A stretch of 64,000 bases of DNA from Phoronis australis (GCA_002633005.1 NMRA01000005.1:287678-351677); one strand, 5' to 3'. Counted from the stretch's first letter, positions 39,422 through 53,400 are shown. Numbers and translations are program-made. Notes: generated by a model not told the origin, from the letters alone.

Positions 39422-41481
39422 CTTTCGTAAAATTTATGAAACTGGACCAATTAATGGGCTTTTTTGCACACTTGTCGGAGTGAGAGAAATGAGTTGTTGT
39501 GTCACGTGACCATCACGAGAAGGTGCTTATAAAATTAGGTAGCCTCGCGTAGCAATGAGTGATTGAAACGTAGCATTATCGCGGAGGAAAAAGCCTGCGT
39601 AAAAGACAAGACGACATTTAGAACTGGCTCGGAGAGACTAAGCGATAAAATCTCTGTACTCGGATAAGATGTGTGTTCAAATTTCAAAGTAGCTGCCGGG
39701 TAACTTTTTTAGAGTTTCCTAAGCTGCGCTACATCCGAAAACCGGCGGGACAGCTAACAAGCGTTCTCGCAAGCAATGGCATTTCTAAAAATAACTTACG
39801 ACCTTACTTTAATGTTTGAGTATCTCCTACAATCCTTTGTGATTCCTACGGATAACGAAGGGCAATATTTTATCGCACACAAATCGTCTCCCCAGTTCAA
39901 AATAACGCCACTGTCAGAACTGAATAAGTCAGTGTAGGCTTATCACTCCAGTAACCTTCAGGATTTATGCCGGGGTTACGTGCTGAAGTTTATTAGGATT
40001 GTTTCTCGATCACTTTCTGCTATTAACTGTACGGTCGAAGCACACATAACTAGTAGAATCAAAAACATACAGTTAGTACTATATACTTGAGATTCATGAC
40101 AATAGGGCCGTCCCGGATTACACAATAACACTCGAATCTCGCTGTATTTGCCATAAACATTCGTCAGGCACATTTGCTGCCTCGTTTTCGAGCCACTGGA
40201 GTTTCACATATTATTTGTTGTTGTCTGATTCTTAACAAGTTTTTCTCGGTTGCATTACTCTATTCGTTCTTCCTAACAAAGTATTAAATGTTGTGTTGTG
40301 GGCTGCAACACCGGCGTGAAAACGTTTTATAAACTGGACAAATACCCGTCGATGCGTGATCTAAAATTCTTTTGCCTTCCCGACATTAATTAATGAGAGA
40401 CACGAAAATCTGATGTGCCTGATTTCAAAAACTAGATCACGTACCTACTTATTTCCATAATAATGGCGAATAAAAGTTCTTTCCAAGGATAGTCCTGAAA
40501 AAAGCTTGAAATGCTATTCCCAGAAATTGTTGTTCACATTGCTGGGTAAAGAATTGTTATCAGTTTTCTGTGTTTATGCTTTTTTGACCCCGTTAATTAT
40601 CGTCAGAAATTTCAGGCAATATTTCCAATTTCTATTTATTATTATTACTGAGACCATGGATGAGTTAATCTATAACACCAAACTATTTCACTGTCCAGCA
40701 GTTTCTATAATTTTTCAATTCCAAAAATGAGATTTCATGTTAAAATTTGACACTGATTTTGAGCGAAAACTGATGTGCCCGACTTTTAAACTATTTATCA
40801 GAGTAGGAATTGTATTAAACTACATTTTAGTAATATAACATAAGCAAGTAAACTGCAACGCATAGTACGATCCAAATCCGTGACATAGGGTATATCACCC
40901 ACATAAGGCTTTTTGTCTGGTCTGAAGCGCACTGCACTCTTAAGGTAGGAAACTGGTTGGTTTTCTCATCGGAATGTGTGAATGAATGAGCTTATGAAAA
41001 ACTTATACGTTCATGGCACTGTAGTCATGATATGAATAAAAGAATGAAAAGAGAAAACAAGATATTGCGGTTTTAATATGGGTGTGCCTTCTATATTCGT
41101 CTTTTATCTATTTTATTCATAAAACGTACTTAGTCGGCACGCATCTGTTTGCAAATTTTATAATGAACACGCGGTTTACTCCGTGGATGGGCGGACACAG
41201 GTTATCGCTGACCGGTGTTTAATTAGTAGCTTTCGGTGCGACGATAGACTGAAAACTGCTTCGAGTTAATCACTTTATTAACTTCGGCCCCACGTACCAA
41301 GTCTACTCAAGCAATACGTACTACGTAATGTCTGTTCTATGCTCCAGGTAGTGCTGCAAAACCTTGACCAGGGGCAGATCCAGGATTTTGAGTTGGGGGG
41401 CGGAGCAGAGTATTAGCCAGGAATTTGCCCGTCAGACACTTACACCCCGAATTACCAAATTTAATCTGGGAGAATTTTAGG

Positions 41482-41706
41482 NNNNNNNNNNNNNNNNNNN
41501 NNNNNNNNNNNNNNNNNNNNNNNNNNNNNNNNNNNNNNNNNNNNNNNNNNNNNNNNNNNNNNNNNNNNNNNNNNNNNNNNNNNNNNNNNNNNNNNNNNNN
41601 NNNNNNNNNNNNNNNNNNNNNNNNNNNNNNNNNNNNNNNNNNNNNNNNNNNNNNNNNNNNNNNNNNNNNNNNNNNNNNNNNNNNNNNNNNNNNNNNNNNN
41701 NNNNNN
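41482..41706. other. Assembly gap (225 N)
   Basis: Run of n inside a GC-rich MITE. Confidence 0.99.
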
Positions 41707-42558
41707 CCCCCCTCTAAATCCGCCACTGAAATGATCTTGAATGGACACCCCCTGCAAGTGCATAGATAACCGTCGCGAGAGAGAAACACCGTGTGTCCAA
41801 TGCCAACGCTGTTCACGAGAATGAACTAAGACATTCGCCCTCATGACATGTGAATTGGTGAATAACATTTTATTTGGCCATTGGTGGTAGTCTTTCACGA
41901 CTGGGGTTGTTTTTCATGACGTGACTTTATATTCTGATAATAAATAACTAAATTCAATCTATCACCAGATTTGACCACCTTAACATTATCCTTGCAATTT
42001 TTCGTCACTCAGATAATTATTAGTCAAGACACAGTTCTCATAATACACGTTCTTAGTGGTACTATTACTGGGTTCAGTCAACATGAGAGTCAATCCCAGA
42101 TATGAAGAATCTAACGTGGGTTATCAACAAAAGAATTAGTACAACCATTGTTGACAAGAACTTGTTTTATGAGTTGGGGACTCGCGTTGAATGCTTGCCA
42201 ATGATATCTGATGCGCTCTCTTGAGGTAACTAGTCAAAACCGCTAGGTTGTAGGGCTGAGGGCTTTCAAACAAAAAAGTTTAGTCGTTTTTCAGCGAAGC
42301 CTGTGTCAACGAAGGGCTGCTACCGAACTATACTAGTTTGTAAATGGAAATAGAATATTATTTCAGTAGCTAATATTAGAGACCGATTTCACGAGGGTAA
42401 AAGGTATAACTCAGGGCAAAATCCAGCAAAGGAACTTGAGACTTTGTCCACTTGAATATGCTGCTAGGCACAATAGTAAATGCGGGCGTGAACAAATCAT
42501 TCATAAAGAGAGAATAAACATTACTATAATTTAATTGACAATTTACATTTAATTATTA

Positions 42559-44317
42559 CAAAGTTAACATACAAAATTGTAAATATCATATCAAAACTAC
42601 CCAAGTGTAATATATCCATAATTAACTGACCTTACAAAAACTTATGGGAGAAGAGTGCTTCCAACAAGCCATATATAGCCATAATTAAGTCAAGTTAAAA
42701 CATATAGCAATAACTAGGTCAAGTTAAAACCTATAGCGATAATTAAGTCAAGTTAAAACATATAGCGATAATTAGGTCAAGTTAATACATTTGCAGACTG
42801 GGAGATATAGAAACAGTGACCTCCCATGCAATATTGTATCACTACTCTTAACTCATTGTTTCAAAATGCACTTCTCATAACAGACAATTTTTAAAGATTT
42901 TGAAACTATTCGGCTTTCAACCTACGATAACCACTCCCACTTTCCACATAACATGTGACGTCTGGACCCCAGGGGACATTTGACAACCACTATCCACTCA
43001 TGTGACAATAGAAGCATAATCACACAATGGCTGTGTATAACTAGACATTCTCAAAGTTGCAGTAAAATCTCATTTGTAAATACCTCTTTGGTTTGACTGC
43101 ATAAAATTTGCAGAGGCAAGATTATAAAGCTATGGCCATCACGTGACTATCACATGACTTTAAAACCATGCGTTAACCTACTCTGTCCAACAGATTAAAT
43201 CATACCTGCTACTAATGAATACGTAAGCTGGAAAAAACAATAAAAATCATGAAAATGCAGACAGATAGCCAGGAATTTTTCAGTGTGAAATCCATAAAAT
43301 TGAAATGTTAATAATAGGCACTGGAGGATGCACTCCAATGGCAAGTTGAGTACATACACAAAAATAGTGTTCCTCTCAACCAAGGAAGATATTGTTGAAT
43401 GCTAAATATGGATAAAAGGAGACAAGACAGACNCAAAGTTAACATACAAAATTGTAAATATCATATCAAAACTACCCAAGTGTAATATATCCATAATTAA
43501 CTGACCTTACAAAAACTTATGGGAGAAGAGTGCTTCCAACAAGCCATATATAGCCATAATTAAGTCAAGTTAAAACATATAGCAATAACTAGGTCAAGTT
43601 AAAACCTATAGCGATAATTAAGTCAAGTTAAAACATATAGCGATAATTAGGTCAAGTTAATAGATGTGCAGACTGGGAGATGTAGAAACAGTGACTGCGG
43701 TAGACCTCCCATGCAATATTGTATCACTACTCTTAACTCATTGTTTCAAAATGCACTTCTCATCACAGACAATTTTTAAAGATTTTGAAACTATTCGGCT
43801 TTCAACCTACGATAACCACTCCCACTTTCCACATAACACGTGACGTCTCGACCCCAGGGGACATTTGACAACCACGATCCACTCATGTGACAATAGAAGC
43901 ATACTCACACAATGGCTGTGTATAACTAGACATTCTCAAAGTTGCAGTAAAATCTCATTTGTAAATACCTCTTTGGTTTGACTGCATAAAATTTGCAGAG
44001 GCAAGATTATAATGCTATGGCCATCACGTGACTATCACATGACTTTAAAACCATGCGTTAACCTACTCTGTCCAACAGATTAAATCATACCTGCTACTAA
44101 TGAACACGTAAGCAGGAAAAAAACAATAAAAATCATGAAAATGCATCAGATAGCCAGGGATTTTTCAGTGTGAAATCCATAAAATTGAAATGTTAATAAT
44201 AGGCACTGGAGGATGCACTCCAATGGCAAGTTGAGTACATACACAAAAATAGTGTTCCTCTCAACCAAGGAAGATATTGTTTAACGCTAAATATGGATAA
44301 AAGGAGACAAGACAGAC
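42559..44317. other. Probable assembly artefact: ~0.9 kb overlap duplicated across single n at 43433
   Basis: 42559-43432 nearly equals 43434-44317. Confidence 0.85.
42681..42786. repeat. 29-bp tandem repeat, about 3.6 copies (again at 43555-43660)
   Basis: ATAATTAAGTCAAGTTAAAACATATAGC unit. Confidence 0.85.
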
Positions 44318-44974
44318 GCTTTCTACTCATCTCCAGTTGCAAGAACGTGCTAAATACAAAATACAATTTCCGAAGACAAAAATAATCATAGAAGATCAAA
44401 CCGGGATGTACATAAATTATCTGAACACACAGATTTCCTCTATACTAAAATACTTCACAAAAGATCAGAAATGCTTCACCAAGCATAAAAACTGAAATGG
44501 CAAGTAAGAAACATCCAGGAATATTGCACTACAATAAACAATAGACAACATCCAATAACCGCCACAGAGAGCTGGTATTTACAGCAATAGTGGACATTCA
44601 AATGAAGTTTGCGCTTTGAATACACAGGCAGTCTCAAGTTACAAAAATCTCACAAATACAATAAATACGTTGTAATTAAATGATTGAAAATCATTAGGCA
44701 TAAGACAACTCCGAAGTTATAATGCATGGGACCATTACTTCATAAATACAAAACAAATACATATTTCATGAAATATTTCTGGTATGTATGCTAATAGTGA
44801 GTTCCCCGATAAAAATTCCAAATCAGTTGTGTATAAAATTCTGTAGGAAATTAAGTCTCTTCACAACATATCATAACCAAGGCACTAGGCACGAGCACGT
44901 CTTTGTAGGTAAAATACATCTGTAACAAGTATCTGTATAAAGTTGTAAATTAGTTATTAAAGGTTGAATTATTT

Positions 44975-45946
44975 TCAAGAAACAGAGCAATGTTTGCTTT
45001 TATTTTTCTTTTTTTTGGCAGGTTCAAGTGGTCCAGTGGTCACCCTAGAGGGTGACGGTGTCAAGTCAAAGTCATCACTCACGTAAGATATCTTCAAACC
45101 ATTTGGCCTTTGATAGTAACTGTCTTCATCGGAGTCCGAGTCACTGGAGCAAGTATCACACTGGTCGTGATATAAGTCCGGACTCTTAGTGGCCGTCACA
45201 CTGCCAACAACTGTCTTTGACGGAGACGGCCGTGATATTGGATTCATCTTTTCATCTTCTGAGCCGAGATCTTGATTCAATCGTTCCACAATGACTTGTC
45301 GTCTTGTTTTTAAATGTGGGGATGCACCATAATCTAGAAGAGACGAAACTGCAGTGCCTGTTGGATTATTAGGGTCAAATCTGTTGGCAAATGGATCCTG
45401 TGAGGGATCAAAGCGAACAGTTAAATTCTTGTCTGCACCAGCACGACTCATGTCTCCACGGAGATTACTCTTGAGGGAAGACTGGGGGGATTCCTGCCCG
45501 GTCAGTTTATCCTGCATGAAGTGTTCCAGGTTAATATCGTAGGCACTGATAGGCTGACGTCCGCGACTGTTCATAGAGATATCTTTGGCACCAGGTGGCA
45601 CCTGCATCTGCCTGCTGCACTCTACAGAACAGAAGATCACACCGTGCTTAGGCAAGAACGGCTGACCCAACAGAGACTTGTTACATGTTTGGCAGGAGAA
45701 GCACTGGTCAGTGGCATGCCAGTGTTGACTGTCATGTGTCATCTGACCTTCGTCCACAGCTATGTGTTCACCGCACGTGTCACAGTACTCAGAGAACAGT
45801 CTCTCAAAACAGTCGCAACAATATGGCCGCCCCTCGCGCATGATATATCGTTGACCGCCTAATTGCCGATCACACTCAAAACAACAGAAGTGTTTCATAT
45901 GCCAACTCCTCGTCTCAGCCTCTGTGCACTCGTCGGCAAATATGAT
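44975..45946 (-). CDS. prickle: Prickle coding exon 5 (LIM2-LIM3, C-terminal CSVS)
   Basis: tttcag acceptor, [22 protein letters not shown], stop TGA at 44977-44975. Confidence 0.95.
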   Translation of the reverse strand: MIFADECTEAETRSWHMKHFCCFECDRQLGGQRYIMREGRPYCCDCFERLFSEYCDTCGEHIAVDEGQMTHDSQHWHATDQCFSCQTCNKSLLGQPFLPKHGVIFCSVECSRQMQVPPGAKDISMNSRGRQPISAYDINLEHFMQDKLTGQESPQSSLKSNLRGDMSRAGADKNLTVRFDPSQDPFANRFDPNNPTGTAVSSLLDYGASPHLKTRRQVIVERLNQDLGSEDEKMNPISRPSPSKTVVGSVTATKSPDLYHDQCDTCSSDSDSDEDSYYQRPNGLKISYVSDDFDLTPSPSRVTTGPLEPAKKKKNKSKHCSVS

Positions 45947-48900
45947 CTGAAATTATAATAACAAGGATTGAACTTGGAATATAGGTTACAGTGTACCTCT
46001 GTGTAACTAAACAATTACAGTCATTACATGAAGATACAATTCAAACAAGATATGTCACAGTCTTCCTAATGTGTAAAGTCTGCTGCCTTACTCAGAGATC
46101 GCTCAAACTGTCTTATTTGAAGACATTTCAAGCACTTTTGTAAAAAACAACTTTGCACAACTGATCAACATACAACCACATGCGCCTTATTTTTGCAGCA
46201 GTAAAAGTTGCGGTAATTCAGACAACTTAATGTCGTGTAAACTCTGTAAACCTTACCTCATCACACGCACTACAGCGAGGCTTCAACAGCTCGGCATGGT
46301 GCCGACCACAGTAAAGCTTGCAGTCTTTACAGAAGTAGATCAAATCGACCAGAAGTTCCTGACATGTTGCGCAGACGAAGCAGGACGGGTGCCAACAGGT
46401 GTCATGACCAGCACGGGATGCAAACACAGCCAGGTCTCCACTGGTAACTGTTTCACCACACTACAGGAGGTAAAAATGTTAATTACTTCAAACTTAGTTG
46501 AGAACAGTAAGGACTGTTATACAAGGAGAGAAGAACACTGTTGACTTTTTACTTAAAGTTTCTTTTTCGTTCCAGTGACCACTTAGAACATAAAATTATG
46601 AAATGAGACAAATAAACCTACCAGATGTCATTTCTTGCCATCATAGATTAATTAGTTTGAACATTCCCTAAGAAAGAAACTGAGATCGAATAGCAGAGGT
46701 TAAATTTCAAAATGGCTGGCCAGCCCCATGAGCTTTTAAAATGTTTTTTTTTTCAGTCATAAATGCTGAGGTTATTCTTCATAGCAAGAGTTCTTTTGAA
46801 GTTTTGCAAGTTCCAAATCATCCTTTTTTAGTCTGCGAGTGAGGCGGCTACTCCAGATGCCGACTTCTGATGATGCAATGAATTGAAGATGAATCAGATT
46901 GGGGTTTAAAGAGAAAAGTGAAAATAAATGCGATAATAAGCAGACGACAATCATTTTTTGATGATTTTAATGACAATGTTCAGGAATATGACAAGAAAGC
47001 ATGACATTGTGCAGCTATGTTACAAGGGTTTAAAGGAAAATGATTCATTTTCAACATTTCGTGACATTAACCAGGACATTCTACTCGGTGGTGACATTAA
47101 GTAACCTCCATTGTAATATGTGGGAAGGAACTGAGACTTTAAGACAGCGATGAAAGCTAAAAACACAAGCACAGTGAAATCAGCCACAGTTCTGTCCTCA
47201 GGCATATTATCAACCAGTCCCTCAATACTGACACAGTGAAATAAACATGTACAGGGAAGTCTACTTTCACAATTTCCCAGAAGCCCCTCGACTTCCTCTA
47301 AACACTGAACATACAGTGCATTGCTAACCTGCTCACACACTGCACTCTGCAACTGTAGTGACCTCACTGTTCCACGACCCAGTGCCTCCCTCTTGCGTTG
47401 TACGCTGAACATTCGCAGTTCCTTTTTCTCCTCCTCGCTCAGACCGTTACAGTAGCGCACCTCGTTGTCGTGCGGAGGAAGCTGCTGCAGCAACTGCCTG
47501 ATGCGGTACTTCTCTCCTGCGCTTCCCACATACGGCACTTTGTCTTCAGGGAGGACACTAAAGTACTGGTGCACCTAGATGATCAGCCAGTATTGCGATT
47601 ATCCTCATTATCATTACATGTCTCCTAGGCACAACGGCGTTTACTATTAATGAAATCGGAGAGATTTGCCCTAGCATACATGATAGAAAATTTTTATAGT
47701 AAATTCTGTTTTACTATTTCTTAAAGTGATCGAAAACAAAACAATGGTGTAAGAGTTGCCTTATGATTTAAACAGTTAAAACTGTTTTGCTGTATAGAAA
47801 ATATGAGGCAATTTCGATATCCTGCGTCATCAGAGTTCCTGAGATTCATTACTGTCAACATCCCATCACAGGAGACAAGAGGTCTTCGAGGATCTCGGAA
47901 ATCAAAAAGGTAATAAAGAAGACCAGTTTTAACTGTTCCTAGATGACTCAAGGTCTAAGTTTTATTAAGAGCTGCCTTAGTTTTTCTATTGCAGTTAGGC
48001 CACAGCTGTTTTTCCAAGAATTTGATGCATGCCATGACAATTGTTTCTCAAAAACTGAAAAAAACAGCACCACCTACAGAAAGAATGCACAATTACTTGA
48101 ACGTGTTTGCCCCGAAATCATTGTCGATTGACGTGTGGCCAGAATCAGTCTCCGCATAATGAAATTCATGGATTATTATAATTTGTGAAAATTAAAAACC
48201 AAAACATTTTAGAATTACAGTACCTACTACTGAAATATGTGAATTTCGTTCGAAACCTCTAATTCTGTGAATAAAAAAGATTCCCCGAATAATATCCATT
48301 TCTTATTGTCACAGAATCTTTATGATAATCAATGAATGGGCCTTAACCTAAAAATCATGTAGGTCACATGAATGACTGTACAGTATCTGAAATGCCCANC
48401 CCTCTTGCGTTGTACGCTGAACATTCGCAGTTCCTTTTTCTCCTCCTCGCTCAGACCGTTACAGTAGCGCACCTCGTTGTCGTGCGGAGGAAGCTGCTGC
48501 AGCAACTGCCTGATGCGGTACTTCTCTCCTGCGCTTCCCACATACGGCACTTTGTCTTCAGGGAGGACACTAAAGTACTGGTGCACCTAGATGATCAGCC
48601 AGTATTGCGATTATCCTCATTATCATTACATGTCTCCTAGGCACAACGGCGTTTACTATTAATGAAATCGGAGAGATTTGCCCTAGCATACATGATAGAA
48701 AATTTTTATAGTAAATTCTGTTTTACTATTTCTTAAAGTGATCAAAAACAAAACAATGGTGTAAGAGCTGCCTTATGATTTAAACAGTTAAAACTGTTTT
48801 GCTGTATAGAAAATATGAGGCAATTTCGATATCCCGCGTCATCAGAGTTCCTGAGATTCATTACTGTCAACATCCCATCACAAGAGACAAGAGGTCTTCG

Positions 48901-50552
48901 AGGATCTAGGAAATCAAAAAGGTAATAAAGAAGACCAGTTTTAACTGTTCCTAGATGACTCAAGGTCTAAGTTTTATTAAGAGCTGCCTTAGTTTTTCTA
49001 TTGCAGTTAGGCCACAGCTGCTTTTCCAAGAATTTGATGCATGCCATGACGATTGTTTCTCAAAAACTGAAAAAAAAAACAGCACCACCTACAGAAAGAA
49101 TGCACAAATACTTGAACGTGTTTGCCCCAAAATCATTGTCGATTGATGTGTGGCCAGAATCAGTCTACGCGTAATGAAATTCATGGATTATTATAATTTG
49201 TGAAAATTAAAAACCAAAACATTTTAGAATTACAGTATCTACTACTGAAATATGTGAATTTCGTTCGAAACCTCTAATTCTGTGAATAAAAAAGATTCCT
49301 CGAATTATATCCATTTCTTATTGTCACAGAATCTTTACGATAATCAGTGAATGGGCCTTAACCTAAAAATCATGTAGGTCACATGAATGACTGTCCAGTA
49401 TCTGAAATGCCCATGATTCTTTAACAGGGGGAATTGTTAAGAGAAATAATACATTTGGCGCACTTAATAAACTTGTGTGGATCATGAAAATGTCTTAATA
49501 GTACTATCTTACTTTCAATGTGACAATGTGTGGCATTGTGCGGTATTGTGTGACAATGTGTGACATTGTGTGACAATGTGTGACAATGTGTGGCATTGTG
49601 GACAATGTGTGACATTGTGTGACAATGTGTGACATTGTGTGACAATGTGTGGCATTGTGTGACAATGAGTGGCATTGTGCGGTATTGTGTGACATAGTGT
49701 GACATTGTGCGTCATTGGGTGGTATTGTGTGACATTTTGCAGTATCAAATAGCAATACCTTTTACTGAACAAACACTGCCAAATGAAATCAAGACCTAGA
49801 TGGAGATTACAACAAAATTAGCCCACCTGCTGAGGTGTGAGTCCCGGTGGTACCCACGTGTAGTCTTCTAGTGCGCAGCCACTGTCATCATCAGAAGCAG
49901 AGTTCCTGTTCTGGTCGTGAATGAGCTGGTGAACAGTTCTCTCTTGGTCAGACCCCCCGATGTCATGTGCCTCTTGGGGGCACTTACAGTGACGACAAAT
50001 TTTTCTGTCAAGAACGCACACAATCTTGAGACAACTCAATGATATAATTCCGTTTTTACCACAGTATCAAGAAAAACAAACAACACATAACTGTATGGCA
50101 TTAAGTGCTCTCAGTAGGCATTCACCAAATGTTGAAAAATCAAACGTTTCATTTTAACATATAGCATCATCAGAGGAAAATACGACTTCGTGAATTTCAC
50201 AAATGTTACAGCAAATACGAATTCACAAAATCCAAATATCTCTTGCCCACATCTTAGTAGAGTTCAGTAGTTGTCTCGTGGCTAGAAAAATCTTGCCAAA
50301 ATGATGTGCTCTCATTCAAAATACATGACAACATCTCGCGTAATCTCGAGAAGTCCGTACCCTTGTGACCCCCACGAATCTGCCTATGCGTTAGATAAAG
50401 TGAAAGTAACAGCTACGGTGACACGTGCCAACACCCCTCAGTAAGTAAGTGCTGCCCTCTTACCTCCAGTAGTGAGGTACAAATCCTGGACAGTCCTCGC
50501 CACACTTGAGACATGGCATCCCACGACTGGCAGTTCCAACTTTCTCCATCAT
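44975..50552 (-). CDS. prickle: Prickle planar cell polarity protein (Prickle3-like N-terminus, PET, 3 LIM, CaaX), 5 coding exons, ~562 aa
   Basis: Exons 50552-50464, 50004-49827, 47574-47329, 46460-46257 and 45946-44975 splice in frame (1689 nt). Motifs: [60 protein letters not shown], three LIM domains, [13 protein letters not shown]. Confidence 0.95.
46257..46460 (-). CDS. prickle: Prickle coding exon 4 (LIM1 and start of LIM2)
   Basis: [30 protein letters not shown]...[19 protein letters not shown]; 204 nt, phase 0>0. Confidence 0.93.
47329..47574 (-). CDS. prickle: Prickle coding exon 3 (PET domain)
   Basis: [42 protein letters not shown]...REALGRG; 246 nt, phase 0>0. Confidence 0.93.
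47388..49413. other. Probable assembly artefact: ~1 kb overlap duplicated across single n at 48399
   Basis: 47388-48398 nearly equals 48400-49413; the second copy of Prickle exon 3 is cut exactly at the n. Confidence 0.85.
49517..49738. repeat. 11-bp minisatellite TGTG(A/G)CA(A/T)TG
   Basis: About 20 visible copies in a Prickle intron. Confidence 0.92.
49827..50004 (-). CDS. prickle: Prickle coding exon 2 (KICRHCKCP...[22 protein letters not shown])
   Basis: AG/GT bounded, phase 2>0, start of PET domain. Confidence 0.92.
50464..50552 (-). CDS. prickle: Prickle coding exon 1 ([29 protein letters not shown])
   Basis: Acceptor ttacag gives exon start 50564; ATG at 50552; donor AG|gtaaga, phase 2. 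Confidence 0.85.
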
Positions 50553-51224
50553 TCATCCCCCAAACTGTAACAATACAGTAGTAGATGTAATAAACAACAT
50601 GCAGAAAAACATAAACAACCAAGTAATGCATGAAATGTAAATGGTTTCTGTTACACACTCAAGCATGCAGCCCCCCCACACACGAATGTGTGTAACATAT
50701 ATATACGCCGACTTTTCCTACTTCAGGTTCCACTTTCAGTTCATTTTGGCCTTACCCCATCTCTAGACAACCTGAATTGCAATCCAAACCACCTACTGAT
50801 GTTAATTCAAGGCTTTGGAGAAAATATGCACTTATCACATCAACAATACTATGTTCATCAACTGAGACTTTATTCTTCACACGAATACAAGGGGGGAAAT
50901 TGGAGAACTTTAAATACAACTTCACTTGGTCAGGTTTTTAAGAACTTCACTGCAAAGCCATATATTTCTATAGCTTTGCACCAAGGCTAGAATGGCAGGA
51001 GTCAACTGAATATCAGAAGAGTCAAAAAAGTTAAATATGGTTGGACGTCCTCGAAGACGATGTTGATGTAAATTTCGTTGAGAGAACTGAACATACAGTA
51101 GAGGCAAATTAAATTAAATTAACAAATGTTCACCCAAACGATTCAGTAACTGTGTATTGACATTCAGATATACACACAGCTTGAGTTAGCAGGTAAGCTT
51201 GTTGGCAATTGGCTACGTAGTCTT

Positions 51225-53400
51225 GTTGCAAAGCTGTATACTAAATATACAGCTTTGCACTAATGTGGGTAAAAAATGGACAATAAATTTCTCTCAAAAT
51301 TAGTGTCATGAAAAACTACACTTCACCTTGAGTAATTATTTACTGGTGTTAGAAAAGTTGGCTTGCTGCTAAAGTGGTGGAGTGATCCTGTGTGTAGGCT
51401 TTTGGTGCCATGAAATATAGCGTAACCCATTGGCCAGTTTCTTTTTTCGTCGATTCTTCTATCAACTGTTCTTCTTCCACAAAATTGTGTACATATCACA
51501 AATTATTGGAACTGGTTTTGACACTTATTCATGAAGTTTTACTATTTCTAAACCAGTAAACTGAATTGCAAAAAAATAGATAATACCACCTGCGTGTGTC
51601 ATGCACGTACTGATTTCAAAACAACACTAAACTTTTGTTATAGAAGGCAGAAAAGTATGTTTTTCATTTAAGCGGCTGCAATGCCAATGGCCAAGGTGAG
51701 TGTCGGCTGACTCCCAGATTTTGTATGATCCCTGCCGATCGTTTGCTCATAGGCACCTTTAAGTAGCCCTCTACAATATAATATAATAAAGAGAAAGGTA
51801 CACGTTACTCTATGAGCACGCTGATTGGGTACAGCAAAAATACGTCAAACTTTCAAGGGGCCTTCCAAAGGTCATAAAGGTTGTATCAAAAAGAGTCGAC
51901 TTACAGGGCCACAGACAACCCTGCTTTTTGACATGCTCATGCGAGGTAGGACGACATATTAGTAAATTACTGTCAAGAGCCTCTTCGCTTATTATAAATA
52001 ATGTTGCTGTTTTTAGTTGATGTAAGCGCTCTGAAGATGTCGCGAGGGGCCTTATGAGCACGCGCATTAGACGAAACTGATACGAAGCCTTCGTGCTTTC
52101 CACTTTGTCGTGAATGTTGATGATTGAACTAGGAAGATCTGGAGGTATTTATGATATTTATTGGTTTCGATGTCAACAAATGGAAGCAATGAACGTGTTG
52201 CTGTCGCAGATAAAATGTTTGAGTTAAATTACTCTCACATTTGACGTGCGTGGGGTTATTCCGGAAGTGCCTGGCAGACGGCCATATTGAATATCAGTTG
52301 TGTACCTTTCTCTTTATTATATTATATTATATTGTAGAGGGCTACTTAAAGGTGCCTGTGGTTTGCTTTACATGTTGCAATTTCACAAGGTGACAAGCAG
52401 GACTACCCGGGCGGTTTGAAATTTCAAGGCCTACTGGAGCTTGAAATACATTCAATTTGGTTCCTAGTTGTATTTTTACTTTAGTCTGTATGCGGGTAGC
52501 TAGCTGGCAATTTAGCGACGTACTACGTAGCCGTAACCTCGTAGTCGTAGACGTAGGTTTACTGTGTAACAACTAACATTACTACCACTCCAAAAGGTAG
52601 CCTTGGTACAAAGCTGTATATAAATATACAGTTTTGCACCGATGTGGGTAAAAAAGTGGTAAGATAAAATCTGACACAAAATTAGTGTCATTAAAAACTA
52701 CAGTCTTCCTTGAGTAAACAAAATTATTTAACAGTGTTGGAAAAAATGGCGTTCTACCGTTATTCTGCTACTAAAGTTGTGGAGCGATCTTTAGCGACGG
52801 CTTTCGGCGCCATGAAATATTGCGTCACCTATTGGCCAGTTTCTTTTTTCGCCGATTCTTCAATCAACTGCTGTTCTTTCACGAGCTTCCGTACACGTCA
52901 CAACAAATTATTGGAATTGGTTTCATTTCATTATAATTTTTTAGAATTCCGATACCGAAAAACCGAATTTCAGAACAAATTTAGGTTTTCCAAAGTTGTC
53001 GCGAAAATTTAGGCGTGCGCGTGACACGAGCGTATTGTTTTCGAAATGACGACATACTTTTCATTGTCAGAAAAGGCGGTGAGTTACGCAAGAAAATGAC
53101 GTTTATTGCATTGTTTTTCACTTAAACGGCTGTAACGGGCAAGGTGAGTATCGGTTGATTCCCAGATTTTGCATGCACCCCGTCCGGTCTTTAGCTTTAC
53201 ATTTCGATACAAGTTTCACGGCGCGGTGACGAGCTGAACTACCCTGGCTGCGAGCAATTTCGGGGTCTACAGAAGAAATACACACAGTGGTACCTAGCTG
53301 TATTTTGACGACAGTCTTCATACAGCTAGCTGGCTGGCTATCCCAGAAGGCTACTCTAGATTGCCTACTTCCTGACAACCGCACCACCCAAAGTTACAGA
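51225..53400. repeat. Two tandem diverged copies of a repeat starting with hairpin CAAAGCTGTATA-n-TATACAG(C/T)TTTG (HINE-like); third partial copy at 54911-55150
   Basis: Heads at 51229 and 52608; shared internal blocks such as GGCAAGGTGAGT...TCCCAGATTTT. Confidence 0.65.
51748..52360. mobile_element. MITE with ~55-bp TIRs and 7-bp TSD, P-element-like
   Basis: Ends CA(T/C)AGGCACCTTTAAGTAGCCC...; GTTTGCT duplicated at 51741-51747 and 52361-52367. Confidence 0.85.

Noticed and set aside
41003-41036. LYVHGT as the missing PARP HGT exon
   Set aside because: A stop codon follows within five codons and there is no suitable acceptor; likely chance.
41337-41898. Long ORFs in the ORF track
   Set aside because: Open only because they run through the N gap.
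42559-44317. Tandem duplication in the Prickle 3' region
   Set aside because: Same single-n overlap signature at 43433.
48400-48586. Second copy of Prickle PET exon (exon duplication or mutually exclusive exons)
   Set aside because: Cut exactly at a single-n scaffold join, lacks a donor, and lies in a ~1 kb near-identical overlap; typical unmerged haplotype ends.
49421-49772. His/Cys/Thr-rich repetitive ORFs in three frames
   Set aside because: Translation of an 11-bp intronic minisatellite; not a CRISPR array either, as there are no spacers.
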